From assembly GCA_965222025.1 (NCBI GenBank), contig CBDCTI010000011.1, positions 70,990-134,989 on the forward strand: a DNA stretch of 64,000 bases, in the 5' to 3' direction. The stretch comes from Dehalococcoidia bacterium (lineage in GTDB: Bacteria; Chloroflexota; Dehalococcoidia; Lucifugimonadales; UBA3495). This document shows positions 41,346 to 50,300 of this stretch, one piece after another (within the stretch, counting starts at the first letter, position 1; each line of letters begins with the position of its first letter). Position numbers and translations under genes: made by a program. Under the pieces are notes generated by a model, which saw only the letters and a program-made list of their open reading frames with translations, searched no databases and had not been told where the DNA came from.

Positions 41346-42926
41346 CTACTTGACGGTAGCCTCTATGGCTTCGGTGGCGGAAAAATACTTGATCAGGGCG
41401 TCGGCCAAGCCATCGACGGTGTGTTCCTCGGCCTCGACGTCAACCCGGAGTCCCAACTCTCGGGCGGTGCCGGAGGTAACTGGCCCTATGCAGGCAATGA
41501 GGCTGCCGGATAGGGCTTCCATGCCAGGGCCGTCGCCTTCTTGCAGCAGGGCAAGCAGGTTGCGAACGGTGGAAGAGCTGGTGAAGGTAGCGACGTCGAT
41601 GCCTTCGGCGAGGGAGTCCCGAGCCCGCTGGGCCGCATCGGGAGGGGTGATGGTTCGATAGGCGGTGACTCGCTCTACTCTAGCGCCCAAGCGGGACAGG
41701 CCGTCGGCCAGCTCGTCGCGCCCGATGTCGGCAGCAGGCAGAAGCACGGAGACGCCGCCCCAGCCGTAAGCGGCCAGTTCCTCCAGTGCTACGGACGAAT
41801 CTGATCGGGAGGGTGTGAAGTCGGGGCGGATGCCGCGGCGTTCCAGAGCGCTGGCAGTGGCGGGGCCGATGGCACCGACGCGGGCGGCTCCGAAGGCACG
41901 AGCGTCTTTACCCCGACCGTCCAGCCGCTCGAAAACAGAGTCAACGGAGTTGACGCTGGCGAAAATGATCCAGCTGAAGGATGACAGTCGGTTCAACGCA
42001 TCATCAAGAGGAGCGAAGTCCTCGGGTGGGGCAATGGCTATGGAGGGGAGCTCCACAGGGGTCGCTCCGGCGTCTTCCAGCAGCTCGCACATACGCGACG
42101 CCTGGGTGCGGGAGCGGGTGACAAGCACGCGCTGTCCGAACAGGGGGCGGTTATCGAACCAGGCCAGTTCATCGCGGAGACTGACCACCTCGCCGATGAC
42201 AGCCACGACGGGGGCGGCCAAGCCGGCGGCACGGCCCCTTGCGGCGGCGGTAGCGAGGGTTCCGGTGACAGTTCTCTGGCGGTTCCAGGTGCCCCACTGC
42301 ACCAGGGCGACGGGCGTGTCGGCGGAAAGACCGGCAGTCTGAAGGGCATCAAGTATCTTTTCCATGGATGCCCAGCCCATCAGCGTCATCAGGGTGCCGC
42401 CCTGGGCGGCCAGGGAGCGGGCGAGTTCCTGCCAGCGCACGGTGGATTCGGGCTTGGACGGGTCTTCGCTGCCGCTGACCACGGTGAAGCCTGTGGCGAT
42501 GCCGCGGTGGGTCACGGGGATGCCGGCGTAGGCAGGCGCAGCAATGGCAGACGAGACGCCGGGCACGACCTCGAAGGGAACACCATTGCGGGCCAGCTCC
42601 AGCGCCTCTTCGCCCCCGCGCCCGAAGACGAAGGGGTCGCCGCCCTTGAGGCGGGCCACACGGAGGCCGGCCTGCGCCTTTTGCACCAACAGGCTATTGA
42701 TGCCGTCCTGCGTCAGCTCCTGCTGCCCCCGGGCCTTTCCGGCGAAGATCCTCTCGGCGGACGGCGGGGCATAGTCCAGCAGCGACGGGTGCGCCAGCCG
42801 GTCGTAGACGACAACATCGGCCCGCTCCAGCACCTCGCGGCCCTTGACGGTCAGGAGGCCCGGATCTCCGGGACCTGCGCCTATCAGGTAGACCTTGCCA
42901 ACCAGCGGGTTCAACCCTGATTCCAT
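41346..42926 (-). CDS. Uroporphyrinogen-III C-methyltransferase / uroporphyrinogen-III synthase fusion (CobA-HemD)
   Basis: GAGPGDPGLLT, RLKGGDPFVFGRGGEE, then PLFGQRVLVTR and FTSSSTV. Start ATG 42926. Confidence 0.93.
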   Translation of the reverse strand: MESGLNPLVGKVYLIGAGPGDPGLLTVKGREVLERADVVVYDRLAHPSLLDYAPPSAERIFAGKARGQQELTQDGINSLLVQKAQAGLRVARLKGGDPFVFGRGGEEALELARNGVPFEVVPGVSSAIAAPAYAGIPVTHRGIATGFTVVSGSEDPSKPESTVRWQELARSLAAQGGTLMTLMGWASMEKILDALQTAGLSADTPVALVQWGTWNRQRTVTGTLATAAARGRAAGLAAPVVAVIGEVVSLRDELAWFDNRPLFGQRVLVTRSRTQASRMCELLEDAGATPVELPSIAIAPPEDFAPLDDALNRLSSFSWIIFASVNSVDSVFERLDGRGKDARAFGAARVGAIGPATASALERRGIRPDFTPSRSDSSVALEELAAYGWGGVSVLLPAADIGRDELADGLSRLGARVERVTAYRTITPPDAAQRARDSLAEGIDVATFTSSSTVRNLLALLQEGDGPGMEALSGSLIACIGPVTSGTARELGLRVDVEAEEHTVDGLADALIKYFSATEAIEATVK

Positions 42927-42933
42927 TCCTGGC

Positions 42934-43890
42934 TCACAGATTCTCCGTAGCCGGGGGGCCCTGGGGCTGGCGTGCGCCCTCGAGGAGGTCGGCGCCGCCT
43001 CGTTCGGCGACGGCCAGATAGGCGTCGCTGGCAAGTTGCCTGGGGTCGTGCTTCAGGCCGTCAACCTTGGCTCTGAAGACACGGGAGCCCTCGGTGTTGC
43101 TTAGGAAGACGGTCATCAGCAGCTCGTGGCCCATGCAGCGGGCGTATGCGCCCACAGGAATCGAGCAGCCGCCGCCCAGTGTTTCCAGGAAGGCGCGCTC
43201 GGCGGTCACCTCGAATCGGGTGGCCGGATGTTCGATGGACTCGAGCATTTCCAGCATACGACGGTCGTCCTCCCGTACCTCGACGGCCAGAGCGCCCTGG
43301 CCCGGAGGCGGCACGAAGCGCTGGGGGGACAGGTAGTCGGCCACCCGGTCTTCCATGCCGAGGCGGGCCAGCCCGGCAGCGGCCAACACAGCCCCGTCGG
43401 CCTCCTCGCCCTCGGCCTTGCGCAGCCGCGTTTCCACGTTGCCGCGGATGGGCACAACGTCGACGTTGGGGGCGTACCGGCGCAACTGGGCGGCGCGGCG
43501 CGGGCTGCTGGTGCCGATTCGCGCTCCTTGAGGGAGCTGGTCCACCGGGCAGTGCCAGCGGTTCACCAGCGCGTCGCGCGGGTCGCGCCGCTCCAGGATC
43601 GCGCCCAGCACGAGGCCGTCAGGGAGCTTGGTCGGCATGTCCTTTAGGCTGTGGACGGCCATGTCGAGGTCACCTGACAAGAGGCGTTGCTCCAGCTCGC
43701 CGACGAACACGCCGAGGCCCATCCCTGCCAGGGGAGACGTCTGGTTGGCGTCGCCACTGGTCCGCACGACCACGACCTCGAACTCCAACCCCGGGTGGTG
43801 GGCTTTGAGCTGGGCGATGGCCTCGTCATCCTGGATCAGCGCGAGGGGGCTGCCCCTGCTACCGACGCGTATGGGCCGACGGGCGGTCAT
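42934..43890 (-). CDS. hemC: Hydroxymethylbilane synthase
   Basis: GSRGSPLAL.Q, AVHSLKDMP, GTSSPRR, RGNVETRL, AERAFL..LGGGC..P.G; ATGA overlap with the upstream gene. Confidence 0.96.
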   Translation of the reverse strand: MTARRPIRVGSRGSPLALIQDDEAIAQLKAHHPGLEFEVVVVRTSGDANQTSPLAGMGLGVFVGELEQRLLSGDLDMAVHSLKDMPTKLPDGLVLGAILERRDPRDALVNRWHCPVDQLPQGARIGTSSPRRAAQLRRYAPNVDVVPIRGNVETRLRKAEGEEADGAVLAAAGLARLGMEDRVADYLSPQRFVPPPGQGALAVEVREDDRRMLEMLESIEHPATRFEVTAERAFLETLGGGCSIPVGAYARCMGHELLMTVFLSNTEGSRVFRAKVDGLKHDPRQLASDAYLAVAERGGADLLEGARQPQGPPATENL

Positions 43891-44612
43891 TTCGGGGCCC
43901 CGTCCTTCGACAAGCTCAGGATGACGCTGCAACCGCTGGGTAGGCACCTGGAGGTGTCTTCACACAGGCCCCTGCCGTCATCGTCGGTAAGCCCAGCCAG
44001 CAGGTACTCGGTGGCTTCGGCCTGCCTGCCGTCCTGGACCATGGCCAGCAGGTCCGGGGTGATGCAGCACTGCCAGCGCTGGGGGTCGATGGCGGAGAGC
44101 AACCCGACTTCCCGCAAATGAGAGCGGGCGACGGCCATTGTGCTGGACAGATCGGCCCAATCGAGGGCCTCGGATGTCTGGAGCGATTCGCGCAGCTTGC
44201 GGGCGAGGGCAGGGGAGACTCCGCCGGTGGAAATCGCCAACGTAACGGGGCCCCGCTGCACGATGGAAGGCGCGATGAAGCTGCAGTTGGGAGGGTCGTC
44301 CACGGCGTTCAGCATGACGCCGCGCTCCTCCGCCTCCTCGAATATACGGCGGTTCACCTCGCGGACATTGGTGGCAGCAATGGCGATGAAGGCCCCGTCC
44401 AGGTCGCCCTCGTGGTAGGGCCGCTGCTCCCAGCGCACCGCACCGTCGGCGACGAACTGCCGGATGCCTGGCGTGGCATCGGGGCTGACGACGCAGATAT
44501 CCGCGCCGGAGTCGAGCAGGCGGCCGATTTTTCCTTCAGCCACGGTCCCACCGCCGACGATGACGCAACGGCGGCCGCGAAGGTTCAGGTAGACAGGATA
44601 GTAGGTGGTCAT
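43887..44612 (-). CDS. Precorrin-2 dehydrogenase / sirohydrochlorin ferrochelatase (CysG N-terminal/Met8p type)
   Basis: YPVYLNL.GR...VGGG.VA..K, NAVDDPPNCSFI.P, AISTGG.SPALARKLR. Confidence 0.9.
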   Translation of the reverse strand: MTTYYPVYLNLRGRRCVIVGGGTVAEGKIGRLLDSGADICVVSPDATPGIRQFVADGAVRWEQRPYHEGDLDGAFIAIAATNVREVNRRIFEEAEERGVMLNAVDDPPNCSFIAPSIVQRGPVTLAISTGGVSPALARKLRESLQTSEALDWADLSSTMAVARSHLREVGLLSAIDPQRWQCCITPDLLAMVQDGRQAEATEYLLAGLTDDDGRGLCEDTSRCLPSGCSVILSLSKDGAPK

Positions 44613-44684
44613 GGGCGTTCAAGCATAACCGTTCTCCAATGGGAGAGGTCCGGGACAGAGGCAAGCCCCCACCCCTCAACTCGA

Positions 44685-45812
44685 CTAGTCGGAAGTGGCC
44701 AGGGGCGCCATCTCTTCGAATTCCTCTTCCGATTCCAGGGAATCGAGGTCGACCATGGACTCGGACTCGAGGTACTCGTCGTAGTCAGGGACGAAGTAGC
44801 GCACGCGGGTCTTCTTGTATTCCCGGGTGCTGTACAGCGCCAGACGGTCCGTGATGCCGGTGGCATCGGAGATTTCCTGGCTGTATTCCTCACAGCCTTC
44901 TGGAGTGGTGGCGTGCACCATGGTGAAGTGGGTGTATGGCCAGTCGGGGAAGGTGGGCCGCTCGTAACAGTGGGTTACGGCCTTATGACCAGCCATGATC
45001 AATCCCACTTCCTCGGAGCGTTCCGGCGGCACCTTCCATACAATCATGGCGTTGGAGCGGAACCCCGACCGACGGTGATGCAACACCGCGCTGTAGCGGC
45101 GCATGATACGACGCTCCTGGAAGTTTTCACCAAGGGCAAACAGCTCGGGAAGGGTGATGCTCAACCGCTCGGCGACGGGATTGAAGGGCCGGGGAACCAG
45201 GGGCAGGTCTTCCTGCATCTGGCGGATGGCTTCCTTCTCCCATTCGGAGACTACCTGAGCCTTGTTCCAGCTGTCGGCCTCATCCGGGTTTGAGCCGCTT
45301 GCCGGCCCGCCCGCCGGATTGAACCCGTCTGGCCTGAAGTTGTAAGACGACCCCTGCTGGTTCACCATGTCGAAGTTGACTCCGATCTTGAAGAACCGAA
45401 TGGTGGGCATGATGCGCGATTCTATGGCGCCGGTCTTTCGGCCCATGTGGTTGGCAGTGGCCTCCAGGTCATGCTCGGGAGGCACGGCAAGGGTGAACCA
45501 GAGGTTGTAGTAGGAGCCCTCCCGGGCGTAGTTGTGACTGACTCCGGGGTGGCGGTTGATTTCCATGGCGGCACGGTGCAGCTTGTCTGGTTCGAGGGCC
45601 ATGGCCACCAGCGTGGTCTTGTAGCCCAGCCGCCGGGTGTCGAAGATGGCGCTGATCTGGCGAAGGACGTTCTGCCGCTTCAGCTCGGTCAGCCGTGTAA
45701 GAACGTCCTCCTCGATGGTCTCCATCTGTTCCGCCAGGTCCAGGTAGGGCTGCTCCACCATGGGGAAGGGGCCCTGGATAAGGTTGAGCAACTTGCGATC
45801 GGTCATGTCCAT
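44685..45812 (-). CDS. Siroheme decarboxylase, fused AhbA-AhbB (NirDL type)
   Basis: Two AsnC-like halves: DRKLLNLIQ..FP....PY / HPGVSHNYAR and LPLVPRPF / VTHCYERP..PDWPY..FTMVH. Confidence 0.88.
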   Translation of the reverse strand: MDMTDRKLLNLIQGPFPMVEQPYLDLAEQMETIEEDVLTRLTELKRQNVLRQISAIFDTRRLGYKTTLVAMALEPDKLHRAAMEINRHPGVSHNYAREGSYYNLWFTLAVPPEHDLEATANHMGRKTGAIESRIMPTIRFFKIGVNFDMVNQQGSSYNFRPDGFNPAGGPASGSNPDEADSWNKAQVVSEWEKEAIRQMQEDLPLVPRPFNPVAERLSITLPELFALGENFQERRIMRRYSAVLHHRRSGFRSNAMIVWKVPPERSEEVGLIMAGHKAVTHCYERPTFPDWPYTHFTMVHATTPEGCEEYSQEISDATGITDRLALYSTREYKKTRVRYFVPDYDEYLESESMVDLDSLESEEEFEEMAPLATSD

Positions 45813-45869
45813 AGTCAGTCCCCCAGCCCGTTGTCTGGCCCTATCCATATAAGCAGGGCCGATTCTCAG

Positions 45870-46502
45870 CTAGTTGGAATTCCCGGTTTCCAGGGCACGC
45901 TGGTATGAAGCGCAGACCCCGGCCAGCACCCGGTCGGAAGTTTCGAGAATTCGCGACCAGGAATCGGCAGGTGCCGTGTCCAGCACCATGGTGCGGAAGA
46001 ATACGAAGGCTTCGACAGTGTCAGTGAGGGCCACGTTGCGTTCCGACATCTCGGAGCCGTATTCCTGACCCAGCAGCTTCGCTTCCTCCAGTAGTTCCTG
46101 CCGACGGCGCCGGGGCCCTGACTCCTGCATCAGCAGCGACAGGAGACGGCGCCCGAACAGTCGCATCCGGTCGTGTCCTCCGGGCTCCACGCCTTGGAAC
46201 CACGGCTGCTGGTGCACGCTGTCCTGGCTCAAACGGCGTCGGATGCGGCGCAGAGCGGGGCCCTCTCCCTTGGCGTCGCGGGGTTGTTCGGGGGCAGGGC
46301 GCGCCGTGGCGGTCATCGACTCGACGTCCTGGCGGAGGAAGCGTCGATGGCCTCCAGGGGTGCGGTATACCCTCAGGTGGCCCGCGTCGGCCCACTGGCG
46401 GAGGGTGGTGTCGCTGACGTCAAGAAGGCGACAGGCATCGCGGAGGGAGAGCCAATCTCCCTTCCCTAAAGCCTCATTGGCAGGTGAATTCAGGTTAACC
46501 AA
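45870..46502 (-). CDS. Excisionase/MerR-type HTH protein with helical C-terminal domain
   Basis: WLSLRDACRLLDVSDTTLRQWADAG....RTPGGHRRF; C-terminal G.EYG......L.DTVEAF.FFR. Confidence 0.75.
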   Translation of the reverse strand: MVNLNSPANEALGKGDWLSLRDACRLLDVSDTTLRQWADAGHLRVYRTPGGHRRFLRQDVESMTATARPAPEQPRDAKGEGPALRRIRRRLSQDSVHQQPWFQGVEPGGHDRMRLFGRRLLSLLMQESGPRRRRQELLEEAKLLGQEYGSEMSERNVALTDTVEAFVFFRTMVLDTAPADSWSRILETSDRVLAGVCASYQRALETGNSN

Positions 46503-46699
46503 AGTTGGACAACCAAAAATCTGAAAATATCTGTAAGAAACTCCATCGTGTTCCGCAGCGCGGGTGAGAGATTATCACAACGCCCTGCAGTGGTCAATTC
46601 TAAATGGGCAGAGGGAAACAATAATTGGAACACGCAGAGGGACGCACCATGGTGCGCCCCTCGACTGTCGACCGGTCCCTGTCGGACAGCGGGTAGACG

Positions 46700-47915
46700 C
46701 TACCCCGGTATATCGTCGTAGTAGTGTTCTTCGGATATGACGCGGCCCTCGCGGAAGGTCTCTATCTGCTCCTCGCTGTAGCCCAGTATCCCCGAGAGCA
46801 CCTCCTCGTTGTGCTCCCCTACCTGCGGCGTGCTCCCGACGTTCACCGGCGTCCGCGAGAAGTGCCAGTAGTCCCCGGACACCGCGATCTCACCCGCCAG
46901 GAAGTCCGGTACCTCCACCATGGCCCGCCGCTCCCACGGGTGCGGGTCCTCCGCCGCCTGCGGTATCGTGTTTACCGGCGCCGCCACCACGTCATGGTCC
47001 GTGAAATGGGCTATCGCCTGCTCCATAGTCCGGTCTGCCAGCAACTCCCTGGTGGCCGCGTTCACCAGCTCCGCGTTGGCCAGCCGCTCGTGGCGGGTGT
47101 TGAACCGCGGGTCCTCCAGCCACTCGGGTTTCCCCAGGGCGTTGCACACCCGGTGCCAGTGGTGCTGGTCCCCCGCCGATATCAGCACCCAGCCCTCCCG
47201 GCAGGGGTAGATCCCCGAGGGAGGCGCCGTGCTCTCCCCCCGCTTGGGCGGTATCTTGGTCCCGTGGTAGGCGGTTATCGGTATCTCGGTCATGGAGTAG
47301 CCCGTATCGGCCAGGCAGACGTCCATGGACTGCCCCTCCCCCGAACTCTCCCGCTCGTGGAGCGCCGCCAGGGTGCCGATGGCCGCGTGCAGCGCCGTGA
47401 TGCGGTCGATGATGGGCACCCCCGGTCCTGATGGGCGGCATGCCCTCCTCACCCGTGACCATGGTGATCCCCGACATGGTCTGGCCGATGGGGTCGTAGC
47501 CTATGTTGTCCTTGTAGGGCCCGAACTGCCCGTAGGCCGAGACATTCACCATGATGATGCGCGGGTTCAGCTCCTTCAGGCTCTCGTAGCCGAAGCCCAT
47601 CTTCTCGATGGTGCCGGGCCGGAAGTTCTGCACCACCACGTCCGAGACCTTGACCAGCTCCCGCAGCACCTCCTTCCCTTCTTCCTTCCTGAGGTCGATG
47701 GAGAGGGACTTCTTGCCCGAGTTGTACTGGACCCAGTAGGAGGACTGCTTTTTGACCCAGGGGCCGTGGTAGCGGGTCTCCTCGCCGCCCAGGCGTTCCA
47801 CCTTGATGACCTCGGCTCCCATGCGGGCCAGCACCTGGGCGCAGCGCGGCCCTGCCTGGTGGCGCCCCAGGTCGATCACTCTCACGTTCTCCAACGGGTG
47901 GTTCAGTCCTGCCAT
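46700..47915 (-). pseudogene. Family III (CaiB/BaiF) CoA-transferase with +1 frameshift
   Basis: VIDL...AGP.CA..LA.MGAEVIKVE, N.GKKS, D..GQ.MSG in one frame and PIIDRIT onward in another; C5 run at 47419-47423 has one extra base. Confidence 0.8.
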
Positions 47916-48122
47916 GTCCTTCTCCCTCTTCCGGCCTGCCTCCCTGCTGAATCCGGGCAAGCCTGCCGATCGTTCCTTTCCGGAATTCTACGGCCCGAAA
48001 TCCCTGACGGCAAGAAGTCCAAGACATGCGCGCTTTTCGTAATACTGCTGTAAGATTTCGGGATGTAACATCGCAATTCTCTCGCAGATTCGACGGTGAG
48101 AAAAAGGATTGGAGGAACAGCT

Positions 48123-48320
48123 ATGTTCAAGCTGCGCGGCTGCCCCAAGTGCCACGGCGATCTTTATTCCGGACAGGATACCTTCGGTACTTATTTTTCC
48201 TGCGTCCAGTGCGGGCGGTATTTTGAGGCAATCAAGGCCCCCGACCGGGCCGAGGGAAGGGCGGCATCCGTCCCTGACGCCGGACCGCCGGTGCTGGCGG
48301 ACCTGGAGCTGGCGGCTTGA
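48123..48320 (+). CDS. Small zinc-ribbon protein (65 aa)
   Basis: GGAGG RBS; CPKCHGDL...CVQCG. Confidence 0.75.
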   Translation: MFKLRGCPKCHGDLYSGQDTFGTYFSCVQCGRYFEAIKAPDRAEGRAASVPDAGPPVLADLELAA

Positions 48321-48408
48321 CGAGTGAAGGCGCAAACTCAGGTATGTTCTAAATTAATTTAAGAAATATCTGAAAATTATTGACCCAGGCGACCAGCTTC
48401 CCTTAACT

Positions 48409-48456
48409 TTGCGTTGACCGGTATCTCGCGGAAATCGAGTCTTCCGGTCAACGCAA
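48409..48456. other. Long hairpin between the two small Zn-binding genes
   Basis: TTGCGTTGACCGG...CCGGTCAACGCAA with inner CTCG/CGAG pairing. Confidence 0.5.
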
Positions 48457-48495
48457 TATTTTTGTTTTTCCAATCTTGGGTTGAGGAGGGGAAGT

Positions 48496-48675
48496 ATGGT
48501 CCTGCAACAATCGCCCGGCGCGCCGGCCGTCATGGAGGAAACCCCTGCTTGCCGCCATCACTGGGTCATCGAGCCCGCCAGCGGCAGGTACAGCATGGGC
48601 GAATGCCAGAAGTGCCAGGAGGTGCGGGCTTTCGAAAACTCCATTCGCGATCCGGGCGAGGCCGGCAGCGAATAG
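48496..48675 (+). CDS. Small Cys/His protein (59 aa)
   Basis: GAGGAGG RBS; CRHHWVIE...S.GECQKC.EVRAFENS. Confidence 0.72.
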   Translation: MVLQQSPGAPAVMEETPACRHHWVIEPASGRYSMGECQKCQEVRAFENSIRDPGEAGSE

Positions 48676-48752
48676 GTCCGACAGGGGATCAGCACGTTTA
48701 AGAGGGGCAGGCTTGGGACGTGCCCCTCTTATCATCCGGGAGGAATCGTTAG

Positions 48753-49670
48753 TTAAAGGATGGCGACTGGGTTCACCGGAGAACCCGTGCCGCCCACCAC
48801 TCGCAGCGGGTTGATGGTGAGCAAGAACTCGTAGCGGCCCTCCTCGGCACAGGCTTCCGCAAGCGGCTGCAGCAGAGCGTTGTCCAGCAGGCCGATGCCG
48901 TAGGCGAAAATGGAGCCGTGAACCGCCCACGAGAGGTCGTACCCGTTGGGCGTATGGTCCATCATGTCCCACCCCAGCAGGCAGACGTCCGACTCCCGGA
49001 GGAACTTCAGGCAGCTCATGTGCAGCCCTGGCCGCTCGAGGGCGTTGCTGCCCCAGATGGGGTTGCCGTCGGCGTTCCAGGCCTCTCGGCCGCCGTAGAC
49101 CAGCAGCGCGTCCCCGGGACGCATATCGACCCCCTGCTCCTTGGCGATATCCTCCAGTTCCCAGCCGTGGATCGGCGTGTCCATGGTGACGTAGGCCCCG
49201 CCCCGGTGCTTGGGAACGTCCAGCAGCACACCGCGGGTGATCAGGCCCTCCTTCCAGTGATGCACCGCTCCCCACTGGGCGCCGTCCATGGTGATTTCCT
49301 CGTCAGGATCGCGCCCGTTCCACATCCCGTTCTCGTCCCACACGTGGCACAGCGCGTCCAGGTGAGTGGTGGCCGTCCCATGGTAGGAGATGCCGTAGTA
49401 GTCAGCGGAGAATCCCGCGGTGGGGCTCCGGTATACCTTCTTCATATAGTGGATAGCTGGCGTCGGGTTGTTGGGCGCCGGGATGGACGGGAAATCGCGG
49501 CTGAGGGAAATAGCCTGACCGGACTTGACCAGTCCCGCAGCCTCAATGCGTTTTTCGGGAGTGATCATGTTGACCGCGCCAAGCTGGTCGTCATCGCCCC
49601 AGCGGCCCCAGTTTCGGTCATCCTTCAGGTAAGCCAGCACCTCGTCCTTGGTGGGGATCCTGCGTTCCAT
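48753..49670 (-). CDS. Cyclase family metal-dependent hydrolase (kynurenine formamidase-like)
   Basis: WGRWGDDDQLGA.N, HGTATTHLDALCH, RGVLLD, GGTGSPVNP.A. Confidence 0.88.
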   Translation of the reverse strand: MERRIPTKDEVLAYLKDDRNWGRWGDDDQLGAVNMITPEKRIEAAGLVKSGQAISLSRDFPSIPAPNNPTPAIHYMKKVYRSPTAGFSADYYGISYHGTATTHLDALCHVWDENGMWNGRDPDEEITMDGAQWGAVHHWKEGLITRGVLLDVPKHRGGAYVTMDTPIHGWELEDIAKEQGVDMRPGDALLVYGGREAWNADGNPIWGSNALERPGLHMSCLKFLRESDVCLLGWDMMDHTPNGYDLSWAVHGSIFAYGIGLLDNALLQPLAEACAEEGRYEFLLTINPLRVVGGTGSPVNPVAIL

Positions 49671-49726
49671 CGGGTTCCTCCTCGGTGGTTTCAGTACGAT
49701 GCGCGTCCAGCTTAGTGTGTCCAGTG

Positions 49727-49768
49727 CCGTTCGACTAGCTCCGTTCGACTAGCTCCGTTCGACTAGCT
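49727..49768. repeat. 14-bp tandem repeat x3 (CCGTTCGACTAGCT)
   Basis: Three exact units; the third contains the coxG stop codon. Confidence 0.85.
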
Positions 49769-50203
49769 CCGGGTGGCGGCTTCCCCCAGGCAGCCGAAGA
49801 AGCGGTCCATCATGTTCCGGGCCACGCTTTCCATCATGCGCTGTCCTACCCGGGCAAGAAGGCCGCCGGCCTGCCCATCGCCGTCCACTGAGATGGTAGT
49901 GACGCCCCCGTCCTCCGTCAGGGTGATGAATGCCTCGCCATTGATGAACCCGGGAGTCCCGTTGGCTGAGACGACCATCTTGTATGACTCATAGGGGTTC
50001 CAGTCCTGTATGGCGACCTTGGCGCTGAAGTTGCCACGAACCGGCCCCAGCGAGGCGCTGATGCTGGCCTCGTAGTTGCCGTCGCCCACGTCCTCCAGCC
50101 GTTGGCACCCGGGGATGCAGCCCTGGAGGGACGAAGGTTGGGTAATTGCGCCCCACACCGTCTCCCGCGGGGCGGTGATCTGGTAGCTGCCTGTGAGTTT
50201 CAC
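49763..50203 (-). CDS. CoxG/SRPBCC family protein
   Basis: APRETVW...P..L..CIPGC, GQAGGLLARVGQRM. Confidence 0.85.
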   Translation of the reverse strand: MKLTGSYQITAPRETVWGAITQPSSLQGCIPGCQRLEDVGDGNYEASISASLGPVRGNFSAKVAIQDWNPYESYKMVVSANGTPGFINGEAFITLTEDGGVTTISVDGDGQAGGLLARVGQRMMESVARNMMDRFFGCLGEAATRS

Positions 50204-50300
50204 GATGGCGCTTCCTCGCTTCAGTCATCGAATTGACCGGGAAGGGACTTTCTTCCAAGGCACTGCCTTTTTCGGCGAGTGTGGGCCTTTCAACGCACGC

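Noticed and set aside
44685-45812. Calling the AsnC-like gene a transcription regulator or proof of denitrification
   Set aside because: Motifs and context fit siroheme decarboxylase, and no nirS or nirF genes are present.
45870-46502. Excisionase-like HTH as evidence of a prophage or ICE
   Set aside because: No integrase, att site or phage genes nearby; it is co-oriented with the heme operon.
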